The translations under genes were made by a program, and so were the position numbers. 64,000 nt of DNA from positions 128,001-192,000 of IMG/VR virus record IMGVR_UViG_3300038443_002533. The stretch is one strand, 5' to 3'. The stretch is from a virus (lineage: Duplodnaviria > Caudoviricetes). A model generated the notes under the pieces. That model had not been told where the DNA came from and did not search any database. It saw nothing but the letters and a program-made list of their open reading frames with translations. Each line of letters opens with the position of its first letter. The first letter of the stretch is position 1. Below are positions 18,534-28,807 of this stretch, one piece after another.

Positions 18534-19079
18534 ATGAACGAAGGTATTTTGTATTGGGATCTCGCCCATCGACTGGATGTCGCGCGTGAAAGTCCGGATG
18601 AGTTCGGTAACGGTCCGATTTACAAGATGGCACAGCTCGATGGCGGCATCAAGTTCTTCATTCTCGCACTGGAAGAGTTGGGCGCCAAGACACGGTACTC
18701 GTGCGAAGGTCACCCATACGGCGCTTACGTGGCGTTTGATGCTCCGGTTCGTCTGATTCGCAGTATCCATTTCACTAACACGTTCACGTTGGTGGCCGAT
18801 CTGAACGAGATGCGTCTTGACGGCATGTGCGACTGCGCGATGTATGCGGATCACAAGCGACACAGAACGGGCCAGGATGCTGCTTTATGGGCAGAAGCGT
18901 ACACCGAAGAAATGCGGGTGGACTTTCTGCGTCAAGCTGCCGACCAATGGATGCGGCGTTTCGGTTATCGCTTACCGAAGTTGCGGCAACAACTGGAAGC
19001 CCTCGCTGCCCAGATTCCGCTGGAACAACAATTATACAACCAACAACAAGGAGCTGTAAATGGCAATTCCCCTGAATGA
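18534..19079 (+). CDS. hypothetical protein (LEELGAKTRYSCEGH)
   Basis: SD AAGGA; SCEGH motif is common in phage proteins. Confidence 0.7.
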   Translation: MNEGILYWDLAHRLDVARESPDEFGNGPIYKMAQLDGGIKFFILALEELGAKTRYSCEGHPYGAYVAFDAPVRLIRSIHFTNTFTLVADLNEMRLDGMCDCAMYADHKRHRTGQDAALWAEAYTEEMRVDFLRQAADQWMRRFGYRLPKLRQQLEALAAQIPLEQQLYNQQQGAVNGNSPE

Positions 19080-19374
19080 CGTAATGGCCAAACTCGACGA
19101 GAAAACCGAACTGTCGGATCAAATCATCGCCAAAATCGATGATGATCTGTCGGATCGTCGCGTGGTCAAGCAGAACGTCATGTACCAAACGAGCAACCCG
19201 ACATGGCGGTTCAGTTTCGACGGCACCCTTACGGTCGGCGACAAGCAATACATCATCCAGCAATACAAGGCCGCAGGCTGGGGCGAAGTCGAAGTCTACA
19301 ACTCGGAAGAAAACGAAGAGCGTGGTGGTCTGTGCGGTGTCAGGTTGTCGCGTGACGCTACCATGATCGCTTAA
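19060..19374 (+). CDS. hypothetical protein
   Basis: SD AGGAG; strong codon bias. Confidence 0.7.
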   Translation: MAIPLNDVMAKLDEKTELSDQIIAKIDDDLSDRRVVKQNVMYQTSNPTWRFSFDGTLTVGDKQYIIQQYKAAGWGEVEVYNSEENEERGGLCGVRLSRDATMIA

Positions 19375-19416
19375 CCCAGCAGTAACTACAATTAACAACT
19401 AACTAAGGATATCATC

Positions 19417-20787
19417 ATGAAAAACCAAAACCAACGTGAAGAAGTCAAATTCGCATTCTCTCTCGAAGCCGACGGTTCGGTCTCTCCCAAACTCGTGGTC
19501 CGCAACACCAACGTCGTGGCTGAAATTCCGGCCCGCGTCTATCGCTTGGAAGTGAGCGAAGAGTCGGGTGTGCGCCTGGTGCCCGAGAACGACTTCAAAA
19601 TGCCGGCTAAGATCTACGGCAAGGTCAACAACCACGCGCAGCGTATCCTGCGCTCCTACGAGCTGAACAGCAAAAACCTCGGCGTGCTGCTGATCGGCGA
19701 TGCGGGTTCTGGCAAAACGCTGACGCTTAAACAGGTCGCGATGCTCGCGGTCGAACTGCAATACCCGGTCATCCTTATCGATGAAGCAGTACACGGCAAT
19801 ATCCTCGCCCAGTTCCTGGCCACCATCACGCAACCGTGCGTGGTGTGCATCGATGAATTCGACAAGAAATACGGCGGCCGCGATAAGGACGGCGACGCGG
19901 TTCCGGGAATGAAACAGGATGCGATTCTGGAACTGCTCGACGGCGCCAATTCGGCGCACAAGAAGATCTTCATCCTGACGGCCAACAACGATGACGCTAT
20001 CTCGGTGTATTTGAAGGATCGTCCGAGCCGGATTCGTTACACGCTCCCGTACAAACGGATCGAACAAGACACCGTGATCGACTACGTCGGCAGTGAACTC
20101 AAGAACTGCACGGAGGAAGATATCCGCGCGTTCCTGTTGCTCACCATGGCGGACTCGGATGGCTTCCGTGGCTTGAACTTCGATTCGATGGCTGAACTGG
20201 TGAACGAAATGAATCAATTCCAGTGCCCGCTCGACGAAGCGCTGGAGTTCATGATTCGTCAAGGTAAGGTCTGCCGCAGCTCGTTCGAAGTCACCGTGTT
20301 CCACAACGGCCAGAAGATCCATACCGCTGGTGCGCATGGTCGACACAACGGCGTGTATCTGCACACGGGCGATTACGAGATCAAGTTCATCGTGACCGTG
20401 CCGAGTGCGGATCGTCCTGGCTGTGCCGATCGCGTCGCCGTCACGCTCACCAAAGACCACTATGTGGGCTCCGGTGAAAACTACTTGATGTCGGAATTCA
20501 AGTACGGCGATTTCACCTTTATGCTCCAGCTGGTGAACTACGCCAAAGCCAGCCATGCGGCGTCGATATCGGATAAGGAATACAAGGAGCGTCCGGAAGT
20601 AAAAGCGCATGCGGAAGCGAAGGCCAAGGAGAGGAAAGAAAGACCTGACGGCGGTGGCAACAATGACATGCACCCGCTCCGGATCATGTTCCATGGCAAC
20701 AACGACGCCGATTTTCCTGAGACCATGGAGATGCAAGCTCTGCTCTCTTCGAAACATTTCGGCGGCCGCACTGGCACCAACGGTTAA
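19417..20787 (+). CDS. AAA+ ATPase
   Basis: Walker A GDAGSGKT, Walker B VCIDEFD, LLDG, sensor LTAN, Arg finger RPSRI. Confidence 0.9.
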   Translation: MKNQNQREEVKFAFSLEADGSVSPKLVVRNTNVVAEIPARVYRLEVSEESGVRLVPENDFKMPAKIYGKVNNHAQRILRSYELNSKNLGVLLIGDAGSGKTLTLKQVAMLAVELQYPVILIDEAVHGNILAQFLATITQPCVVCIDEFDKKYGGRDKDGDAVPGMKQDAILELLDGANSAHKKIFILTANNDDAISVYLKDRPSRIRYTLPYKRIEQDTVIDYVGSELKNCTEEDIRAFLLLTMADSDGFRGLNFDSMAELVNEMNQFQCPLDEALEFMIRQGKVCRSSFEVTVFHNGQKIHTAGAHGRHNGVYLHTGDYEIKFIVTVPSADRPGCADRVAVTLTKDHYVGSGENYLMSEFKYGDFTFMLQLVNYAKASHAASISDKEYKERPEVKAHAEAKAKERKERPDGGGNNDMHPLRIMFHGNNDADFPETMEMQALLSSKHFGGRTGTNG

Positions 20788-20803
20788 CTAAGAAAGGTTC
20801 CAC

Positions 20804-21214
20804 ATGAACACCAAAGAAAAAAGGATTCGCATCACCAGCCAGAACTTCGGTGGCCCGCACAAAGCCGAAGTGGTGACGTTCGATGAAACGTATCCACCGA
20901 TGTCTGGCGGTCCGATCCAGCTCTCCTCGGAACAGTTGGAAGTGAAGTTCGCGACGCTGCTCGCGCAAGCCGCTTACTCCGGCTATGACGTCGAGATCAC
21001 CAAGCACAACGATCCGACCAAAGGCATGGGCGGCCACATCCCACACCTCATCATCCGCCCGGATTACCAGACCGCCCGGGCCGCGATGACCCGCGCCGCC
21101 GAGATCGACGCCCACTTCAAGCAACACGGCTGTCATGGGTTCACGGTGGCTGATGCGGAAGACGAGCGCAAGGTTCTCTTTACGATGCCTGCAAAAACCA
21201 CCATCGATGGGTGA
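20804..21214 (+). CDS. hypothetical protein
   Basis: SD AAAGG; codon bias. Confidence 0.7.
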   Translation: MNTKEKRIRITSQNFGGPHKAEVVTFDETYPPMSGGPIQLSSEQLEVKFATLLAQAAYSGYDVEITKHNDPTKGMGGHIPHLIIRPDYQTARAAMTRAAEIDAHFKQHGCHGFTVADAEDERKVLFTMPAKTTIDG

Positions 21215-21438
21215 TGACGATAACGTACCTCTCCTGAAAAGTGCGCAGTTGTATTGGGACCCTAACAACGTTGAGATCGTCGCGGCGTTGAAAGTGGCTC
21301 CCCAGTACCTGCCCAAGATCATTCTCGAACGACTGGTGAAAGAACTCGATCGTCGCCTGATGCAGATGTATGACAAGGTGGCCTTCGAGCGCGAACACGG
21401 TTTAGTAAACTATGACTTGCTTGATAAGGGAGAAGCTG

Positions 21439-21723
21439 ATGCGTAATCTCAAAGATGGTCTGATCTTGTTGGCTGGCGGTATCGCCTACTTGTTCAGCGC
21501 CCTGGTATGGGAAATCGCGATCGCACGAATCACGATCTGGTGGGGTGAACAGTTTATCCAACTGCGCCCTACCCTCACTGGCTACCAGCCGCTGGGGTAC
21601 ACGATCGTGGGGTTGTTCTTTATGTTGGTCGTGATCCCGCAATTCTTTTGGTTCCCGGTCTTGTTCTTCAAAGAACTCAAAGAGCTGTGGGATGAACCAC
21701 ACGTCACACCTGTTATCGCTTAA
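21439..21723 (+). CDS. two-TM membrane protein
   Basis: Two hydrophobic helices; followed by a hairpin-TATG module. Confidence 0.6.
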   Translation: MRNLKDGLILLAGGIAYLFSALVWEIAIARITIWWGEQFIQLRPTLTGYQPLGYTIVGLFFMLVVIPQFFWFPVLFFKELKELWDEPHVTPVIA

Positions 21724-22181
21724 CGAGCGCATAAGTGGCCCTAGGGAATTCCCTAGGGCCGTTTTTATGTTGTATCTTTTTTTTGTTCAAAATCATGCGT
21801 TATTACATACAACAAAGTTTTTTGGTGGTGAGTTGGGTGCTCGTGGTGATGGGTTTGGGTCTGGACGGGGAATGGGCGATCTACCACTGGCCTTTCTGGC
21901 CCAAACTGATCTGGATGATTTCTACGTTCGTGACGTGCCTGGTGGGCGTATCGTTGGCGTGCAATTGGCCCCCATTTCGAAAGCGCGAAGCTACTGATGA
22001 AAAAGTATTGCCGGGAGGTAAACTGTGAAGAGAATTGCTGTAGGGATAGTGTCCGTCTTGCTGATGGCACTGGGTGTGCCGCTGGTGATTCTCGCGGCGG
22101 TTGCGGGTGTGGTGGCCGGTACGGCGTACTTCTTCGGGTATGGGTTTTGGACAGCCGCTGTAGCGGTACTGAAAATGGCGG

Positions 22182-22811
22182 ATGATCATGGCGCACATTG
22201 TGAAAGTTGACGGTATCGAGATGTTCGCCACGGCGCGTGGTCACAGTCTGGAATGCGACGAATGTGGCGACACCTATACCGGCGGCAATGGCGAAGACCG
22301 TGGTGGTCCAATCATGATCAACGGTTATCGTAGCGTTGACCGGAGTGAGATCGTCAGCGACGCTGCTCAACTTGGCTGGACCGGGTTGACGAAGTACCTA
22401 GCCCCCGCTGAAGTTAAAGGCATGGCTCCGCCAGATTTGTGCCCGGTGTGTTCGGTCATGAAACATGCGCCGTACTGGCCAACCGTGGTGCACGAACCCA
22501 AAGGCATCAAGACGTTGATGTACAGCGATAAAGGTCCGTTAGTGCAGCGCCATACCGTGGTGCGGCCCTTGGAGAAAGGCCCATTCGGAATCACCATCGT
22601 TGGCTGGCCTCTGCTCGACCGGTATAACCAACCACCGGCTGTGATGGATGTGAAATTCACCGCCAGTGAAAATGGCGTGAACAGTATCTATTTCGACGGT
22701 AGTGTTAAGTGGCCCTACCGAAAACGCGGCGAAGGCTTCAAGTCTGTGGCTCCCAAGATCCGTCTGTGGTCCTGGGGCGATGGCAAAGTCTACGCTAAAG
22801 AAATCACATAA
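22182..22811 (+). CDS. hypothetical protein with CxxC pairs
   Basis: CDEC, CPVC. Confidence 0.65.
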   Translation: MIMAHIVKVDGIEMFATARGHSLECDECGDTYTGGNGEDRGGPIMINGYRSVDRSEIVSDAAQLGWTGLTKYLAPAEVKGMAPPDLCPVCSVMKHAPYWPTVVHEPKGIKTLMYSDKGPLVQRHTVVRPLEKGPFGITIVGWPLLDRYNQPPAVMDVKFTASENGVNSIYFDGSVKWPYRKRGEGFKSVAPKIRLWSWGDGKVYAKEIT

Positions 22812-22825
22812 CTAACTAAAGAACC

Positions 22826-23800
22826 ATGTCCAAAAGAGAACACCCCGTTTCGACCCCGCACGATGTGGTTTGCTGTTATCATGCAAATTGCATGGACGGA
22901 CTCATCTCTGCGGCACTCATGCATCATCACTTCAAGGGTCAAGTCGAGTGCTTGCCGGTGCGTTACAACGAAGATCCGCCCCTGGAACTCATGAAGGGCA
23001 AACACGTCTATCTGGTGGACTTCACGTACCCAGTCGAAGCGTTGCAGGATCACATCGAATCGATGGCGTCGCTGACCGTGATCGACCATCACCAAGACGC
23101 CATGACGCCATGGGTCGGCGCAGCCGCACTGGGTGAATTCAAAGACACGACCGTGTTCTTCGACAATAACCGGTCGGGCGCTGCCCTGGTGTGGTTCTAT
23201 CTGCAACACCAGCTCGGTCAGACCTTGGGTGAAGGTACGCCACCGCTGCTGGTCCAGTATGCGCAAGAATACGATCTCTGGACCAAAGGTCTGCCGATGA
23301 CGGATGAAGTGCAAAGCGCGCTGCGTTTTAACTTCCCGCCGCATCAGGCCAATCTCGAAGAACTGGCCGACTACTTGATCAACGCTGGTCCTGCCGAGAT
23401 CGAGAAGCTCAAGTTCACGGGCGCGATCATCCAGCAGCAAGAAAAGACGATGGCCGAGTCCTTGATCCGCCGTGGCTTGCACTTCACCAAGTTCCTCGAC
23501 TACGAGAACATCCCGGTCTGTGCGATGCCGGCTGAACTCGCGAACCAGGCAGGCGAGATCATCTACAACCGTTATCCCGATGCGCCGTTCGTGGTGCTGT
23601 TCGAGGATAACTACAAACACAAGAGCCGCAAGTACTCGTTCCGCAGCCGCCGTGACGGCGGGGCCAATGTGTCGCAAATCGCGGCCCGTATTGGCGGCAA
23701 AGGGCATTACAATTCTTCCGGGGCAGTAGTTGACCTCGAACTCATTTTCGAGCAAGAAGTTCTGGTGTTCAAAGATGAAATCCCGGGTTGCATCGTCTAA
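22826..23800 (+). CDS. DHH/DHHA1 family phosphoesterase
   Basis: YHANCMDG, VDF, IDHH, DLW, FSFRS-like, GGKGH. Confidence 0.88.
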   Translation: MSKREHPVSTPHDVVCCYHANCMDGLISAALMHHHFKGQVECLPVRYNEDPPLELMKGKHVYLVDFTYPVEALQDHIESMASLTVIDHHQDAMTPWVGAAALGEFKDTTVFFDNNRSGAALVWFYLQHQLGQTLGEGTPPLLVQYAQEYDLWTKGLPMTDEVQSALRFNFPPHQANLEELADYLINAGPAEIEKLKFTGAIIQQQEKTMAESLIRRGLHFTKFLDYENIPVCAMPAELANQAGEIIYNRYPDAPFVVLFEDNYKHKSRKYSFRSRRDGGANVSQIAARIGGKGHYNSSGAVVDLELIFEQEVLVFKDEIPGCIV

Positions 23801-23821
23801 ATCAATAACTAAGGAAACCAC

Positions 23822-24820
23822 ATGAGCCGCATCATTCGCCACACCACTGACATCAAGCGACATCGTGCCTTCATCCTCACCGTCGATTCGACCTACATCG
23901 AAAACGCGACGGCGCGGACCGCTGAAGGTCTGGTCAACGTGTTCGCCAAGCCGATCAACCACTACCCGCACGAACTGTTCCTGGACGACGCCCAGAGCTG
24001 CCTGGCGATCCGTGAACGTGAGTGGTGCGATAACTCGATCGCCTACACTTACAACGAACTGTCGCGCGACAACCAGATCGGCGCCTACATCCTGAACGCC
24101 AAGGGCGAGAAGAAGAAAGGTGACCCGAAGTACAAGCAGCTCCTGCCGTACCTGATCGCTCGCCAGAAGCAAGCCGACGGCAGCTACCTGTACTTCCCGT
24201 ACCGTCGTCTCGACACGGTCGGTGAATCGCGTCTGGCGGGCAACGGTTCGCTCGGTTACGGTGGTCACATCGATCTGGAAGACGTGGTCTTCGAGAACTC
24301 GGTGATCGACTTGAACGCCACGATCTTCAAGGCCGCGTGGCGGGAAGCCATGGAAGAATTTACTCTGCGTCCGCAACCTGGCAATAACGAGGTACTGGTA
24401 AATTCCCACTACCAAAACGCCATTTCGTTCGGTGACCTGTTCATCGTCGACAACTCCAACGACGTCGGCGAACTGCATCTGGGCATCATCATGTACTTCG
24501 ACGTTCCCGCCGGCTGGACCCTGGAAGCGTCGGAAGACGAACTGACCGCTCTGCCGCCGATGACGGCCGAACAGATGCTGGACGACCCGGCGTTCAAGCC
24601 GGAGAACTGGACGCTGTTCTACCTCCAACACGTGACGGACAAAACCGCGTTCCCGATCAGCGACCTGACCCACACGCCCGACGATGTGCTGAACATCGAC
24701 CACGGCGGCGTCAAAGTCGGCACCGTGCCGGCCGACGCGGTCACCGCCATCCTGGACGAACTGAAACAAGAAGAGAAGCAAGATGTCATCAAAGTCGCCG
24801 ACGACGGAGCAGCCTACTGA
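23822..24820 (+). CDS. predicted Nudix-family phosphoesterase (COG4112/YmaB-like)
   Basis: DPKYKQLLPY, YRR..GESRL, SLGYGGHID, REAMEE, DNSNDVGELHLG. Confidence 0.8.
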   Translation: MSRIIRHTTDIKRHRAFILTVDSTYIENATARTAEGLVNVFAKPINHYPHELFLDDAQSCLAIREREWCDNSIAYTYNELSRDNQIGAYILNAKGEKKKGDPKYKQLLPYLIARQKQADGSYLYFPYRRLDTVGESRLAGNGSLGYGGHIDLEDVVFENSVIDLNATIFKAAWREAMEEFTLRPQPGNNEVLVNSHYQNAISFGDLFIVDNSNDVGELHLGIIMYFDVPAGWTLEASEDELTALPPMTAEQMLDDPAFKPENWTLFYLQHVTDKTAFPISDLTHTPDDVLNIDHGGVKVGTVPADAVTAILDELKQEEKQDVIKVADDGAAY

Positions 24821-25011
24821 CGGCTGGACCAACAACATCGATTGGAATAACGCGATCACGGGCAGTCCCGCCAATACGGTCGAGTTGAAGATCGATGAGG
24901 TTCAAACCCAATCGGTGACGAACGCCATCGACGTCGTCCCGACGGAAAAACCATAACCGGGTTAATCCCCACTACCCTGCCTCCTCACGGGGGCAGGGCT
25001 TTGGAGCTTTT

Positions 25012-25527
25012 ATGCAAACCATTAATCGCGCAGCATTTATCGAGAAAGCTGCGGAAGTTTCGGCGCAGTGCCTGTATGACGTCCATGAGGGGCGGGGCGA
25101 TACTTCCATGGTCGAAGTCGACGGTAAGATGAAAATGAAACCGTTCTTGCCCTTGATCGCGCAAATCGTCGGCAAACCGGAAGGCCGCATCACCAGCATC
25201 TCCGACGGGGTCGGTGGCGTCATCGAGTTGTCGGTAACGGAAGAAGAAGACCTGGAAAATCGGACTAACTTCCATCTGGTGCAACTCGTGCGGAAAACCA
25301 TCCAGGATGCCGGCCGAGATTCCCCAGAAGCCGTTTTCGAAGCCGGCAAGCGTCTCGTCGAGCGTGCCACACGGGCGGGTTCGGTGCTGCTGATCGGCAT
25401 GAACACCGCCAAACAAAAGAAAGTCAGCCAGTCGAAAGACTTCGTGATCGTTGCCCCCTACAATGGCAAAGGTCAAACGCTGATGACCCCTGAACCCTCT
25501 ACCACCGGACAACGCTATGTCGGCTAA
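25012..25527 (+). CDS. hypothetical protein
   Basis: Follows a hairpin-TATG module. Confidence 0.7.
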   Translation: MQTINRAAFIEKAAEVSAQCLYDVHEGRGDTSMVEVDGKMKMKPFLPLIAQIVGKPEGRITSISDGVGGVIELSVTEEEDLENRTNFHLVQLVRKTIQDAGRDSPEAVFEAGKRLVERATRAGSVLLIGMNTAKQKKVSQSKDFVIVAPYNGKGQTLMTPEPSTTGQRYVG

Positions 25528-26299
25528 CTACATCTCCCCCATCGACGAAAAAATGATGGCGTATTCCCATCGCCTGCGAGACTTGATTCTCGAAGCGCAT
25601 GCGGAAGGCATCGTGTTCAGCATCGGGGCGGAAGATAATGGGGCGCTCGCACCATTGGAAAAGAATCAACGCCATCACCGTGTCGTGGTCGCAGTGCCGA
25701 AGCTGGAACATGAACACCCGCAGTTGTACACGCCGTACTCGATCACGGCCGAAGCCGTTGTCGAAACCACCCAAGCCATCGTGCCGGCGAAGAAGATCGA
25801 AGCGTATAAACCCCGACCTTTGGTGCCGCTTTACACCGAACTCAGTTCAGGTCTTTTCGTCAACAGGACGTTAATCTGTCCATGGCGCGTGGGTGATGAC
25901 CACGTCGAGACCTCGGCGCTGAAGTTTGATCGGGCCATGGATTTGCTCGCCTTGTCTAACAGCGATGCATGGTTTAAGTCCGGCAAGGTTCGCCAGAATG
26001 ACATGATCGGCGAAACGGTGACTCTGGCAGAAATTTTCTACATTAAGCCCAACAGTCAGGTGGATTCATTCAAAGTGTGGGAAATGCCAGGCGCATTGTT
26101 TCCCCCGGCAACTTCGGGCGATTACAAAGATCTGACGGTCGATTTCACATTTTCGTTGCCATTGGACTTGGGCACGATACGCGTGGCCGGCCGACTCAAT
26201 CGTTTGCACGGCCGGCTCCATCTGACCGCCAAAGCATCGCGGCCTGATGTCACCCCGTTAGGCTTTACGCTCAAAGCGGATCGTATTCAACCGAAATAA
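25517..26299 (+). CDS. two-domain protein: Y..RL..L..EA..EGI domain + phiKZ-type major-capsid-like domain
   Basis: N-part paralogous to 26304/26622. C-part LVPLY...F...PW..ETSALKF...DLLALS.SD...G...ND resembles an internal region of the phiKZ-type major head protein (recalled). Confidence 0.6.
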   Translation: MSANYISPIDEKMMAYSHRLRDLILEAHAEGIVFSIGAEDNGALAPLEKNQRHHRVVVAVPKLEHEHPQLYTPYSITAEAVVETTQAIVPAKKIEAYKPRPLVPLYTELSSGLFVNRTLICPWRVGDDHVETSALKFDRAMDLLALSNSDAWFKSGKVRQNDMIGETVTLAEIFYIKPNSQVDSFKVWEMPGALFPPATSGDYKDLTVDFTFSLPLDLGTIRVAGRLNRLHGRLHLTAKASRPDVTPLGFTLKADRIQPK

Positions 26300-26303
26300 A
26301 GCC

Positions 26304-26606
26304 ATGAGCGTGATCCGAAAGAAGATGGAGGCGTACGGTGACCGCTTGATGCAACTCGTCACCGAAGCATTTGCAGAAGGGATCGTATTGACACTGCCCG
26401 AACCGGAAGGTGGTGGGGTGTTGATCGATCCGCCGGAAGGACAACATGTCTATTCGATCTCGGCACCGATTCCATATATGGGGCTGACCCATTTGAGTTT
26501 GAAGCGCACGGAGCGACTGGTCGTGAAAGCTGTCGTGAAAGGCGAGTTGTCTGCGCCTGAAGAAATCGTTTTACCTGTTCGCATGCCGTTACCAAAAAAT
26601 ACCTAA
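26304..26606 (+). CDS. Y..RL..L..EA..EGI family paralog
   Basis: MEAYGDRLMQLVTEAFAEGI. Confidence 0.75.
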   Translation: MSVIRKKMEAYGDRLMQLVTEAFAEGIVLTLPEPEGGGVLIDPPEGQHVYSISAPIPYMGLTHLSLKRTERLVVKAVVKGELSAPEEIVLPVRMPLPKNT

Positions 26607-26621
26607 TAAGGAAGCACTAAC

Positions 26622-26963
26622 GTGAAAACTATTGAAGTCAAGAATAACGAAGCCACGAAACGTATCAACGTTTATGCTGAGCGTCTGCGTGAACTGGTGA
26701 TCGATGCTCTGTCCGAAGGCATTCAGCTGGAAATTCCTGTTATCGAGCGTGGTGGCGCGCTCAACAAGAAATCGCATGGTGTCGAACAATATGTCGTGAC
26801 CGCGGCCATCCCAAATCGCTGGCAACATCCGTATTACAACCAACCGCTGTGGGTGCGCGCCCGTGGCGTGATTGTGAACTGCCAACCTGATTACGAAGAG
26901 AACCGCGTCCTCCCGCCAAACGACGAACTGCTCGCCGCCAACGGTTCTGGTGGTGGTGAATAA
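26622..26963 (+). CDS. Y..RL..L..EA..EGI family paralog
   Basis: NVYAERLRELVIDALSEGI; GTG start. Confidence 0.75.
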   Translation: MKTIEVKNNEATKRINVYAERLRELVIDALSEGIQLEIPVIERGGALNKKSHGVEQYVVTAAIPNRWQHPYYNQPLWVRARGVIVNCQPDYEENRVLPPNDELLAANGSGGGE

Positions 26964-26989
26964 TAATAATCGCGAAAAGGAAGAACAAC

Positions 26990-27616
26990 ATGAAATTCGG
27001 TCCATTCCCGGGCGCTGTCCCAGCCCACCCGATCTTGCGGCAAAACACCGCCCAATACTTCGTCCACCCCAACACGATCGACCCGTGGATGGTCGGCGAT
27101 ACCGAGAACGCCACCTCGGCGCTGAAGTTCGGTGCACGCTTCAGCCTGCTCGATGTCTCGCAAGACGACGACATGCTGGTGACGGGAAAGATGACGGTGT
27201 GCGATGAAATCGATTCGCTGCTCAGTCTGGCGCGGGTGTACTACCGCACCAAGTTCGGCGACGTGAGCTACCTGGACGTGCCGCCGCATTCTGGCGCCTT
27301 GTTTGAACATACCGGCAACTCCCTCAGCGGGCTCACGCTGGATGCGACGGTCAAGGTCAACAAGTTCGGCGAACCGCGTTCCTGGTTCAGCCGGGCAGTG
27401 GACGGGCTCTACAAGTTGTTCAAGAAAGACCTGACGGCAGTGATGCACATCACGGGTGAAGCGAATACCCAGACCGGCATCATGCAGATCGATGTCACCA
27501 CCACCGATATGGATATTCGTCCGATCGGTTACACGCTGCGTGCGTATCGTCGCGACGCCAACCGCCAGTACCATGGCGCCGGCGGCGACCTCTCGCGTTG
27601 CCCGTACATGAACTAA
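26990..27616 (+). CDS. stand-alone phiKZ-type major-capsid-like domain protein
   Basis: FVHP..IDPW..ATSALKFG..FSLL..SQ.D..L..G.M...DEID; paralog of the 25517 C-part. Confidence 0.6.
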   Translation: MKFGPFPGAVPAHPILRQNTAQYFVHPNTIDPWMVGDTENATSALKFGARFSLLDVSQDDDMLVTGKMTVCDEIDSLLSLARVYYRTKFGDVSYLDVPPHSGALFEHTGNSLSGLTLDATVKVNKFGEPRSWFSRAVDGLYKLFKKDLTAVMHITGEANTQTGIMQIDVTTTDMDIRPIGYTLRAYRRDANRQYHGAGGDLSRCPYMN

Positions 27617-27625
27617 GGAGCCACG

Positions 27626-28030
27626 ATGTCTGTTGAAGTAACGCTGCATAAACTGCCTGGCCTGCCGGAAACCCCGATCGAGATCCACGCTCTGGGTTGG
27701 CGTGGTGTTGGTTCCGACCATTCCCATTACGTCATCGGCGGCATGAACATGCTGGACAATCCGCAAGTCTCCGACGCGCGGATCGGTGATCATGAACGTC
27801 TCGACATCCTGTTCCAAAATGGACCGATCCCGCAAGTCGGCCACAATGGCGTGACAATCGAGCATCTGCTCGCGGTGTGCGGCCATCGTCTGGAAGAACT
27901 CCAAAGCGGCAAGTTCGCCAGCGAGTACAACCAAAAGGCGCTGGAACACATCCAAGGCGCGATCGCCTCGCTGAGCCAGCGTACGCTCGACCGTATCGCC
28001 CGTCAAGTCGAAGGCACGTACCAAACGTAA
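27626..28030 (+). CDS. tad1: Tad1-like anti-Thoeris/anti-CBASS nucleotide sponge
   Basis: H.YVI, FQNGP...NGVT.E.LL....RL..LQSGKF...N..AL.HI..A...L..RT.DR..R.VEGT matches the Tad1 pattern. Confidence 0.75.
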   Translation: MSVEVTLHKLPGLPETPIEIHALGWRGVGSDHSHYVIGGMNMLDNPQVSDARIGDHERLDILFQNGPIPQVGHNGVTIEHLLAVCGHRLEELQSGKFASEYNQKALEHIQGAIASLSQRTLDRIARQVEGTYQT

Positions 28031-28807
28031 TCGTAAGCGCAAAAATACCTAGGCTCCCTATCTTGGGGAGTCTAGGTTGTTATGCTGTCTGTAGAAATAA
28101 ACGCGACTATATCACTAACCCGAAGTACGGTACATTTACAATTAACAAAGGAACTATCGTGGAAAAAATTTCGATGACTGAAAGACTGATGTTTATTGCG
28201 GCAGTGCGTTGCATGGCCACGGCATTCAAAGAGACGGTTGGCGACCACCCCATCGCCCCGCAATTGTCTGCGGGTGTTATAAAAACGTGGATGGTGTTCG
28301 GCGTGTTGTTCAACAAGGCGGTCGATTCGTATCACGAACCGCTACGCGTAATTTCGAACGGAACAGCCCCCCGTCCGAATTTCTGGGTCGCGCCAGAGAA
28401 GGCCATCGATCCGGTAAGTGAAGACAACAAAGTCGAGATCGTCGACGGGCACTACCACGAATTCATGGACCGCGTGAACTGTCTGAACATGCTGTTCGAT
28501 TCACTCGTGGTATCGCACACCGTGACCGAGTTGTTACGTGATGATGTCAACCGAGTCGCGGAAGAACTGGCGGAACTCTACCAGGCTTCGGCCATGCTTC
28601 ACACCGACCGACCGTAACTTCATGGCATTCATTCAAATGACCAAGTCGCAAGGCGCGGCGTATCGCGCCTATCTCGACAGTTATCGCCGCCAGACCGGGC
28701 GAGAACCCGGCTCTGTCCAACGCACGGAAGCTTTTATCTGTGCACGTTCCACTGACCCATGGCGCCGTCCAGCCTGGGTTGCTCATCAATGAAAGAGAGT
28801 TGTCCCC

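Noticed and set aside
22790-24874. Very long minus-strand ORFs (e.g. 22790-24874, 60747-62693, 57836-59338, 10576-12027, 19399-20757)
   Set aside because: They lie exactly antisense to well-supported + strand genes with GC3-rich codons, have no motifs or SD, and are typical shadow ORFs.
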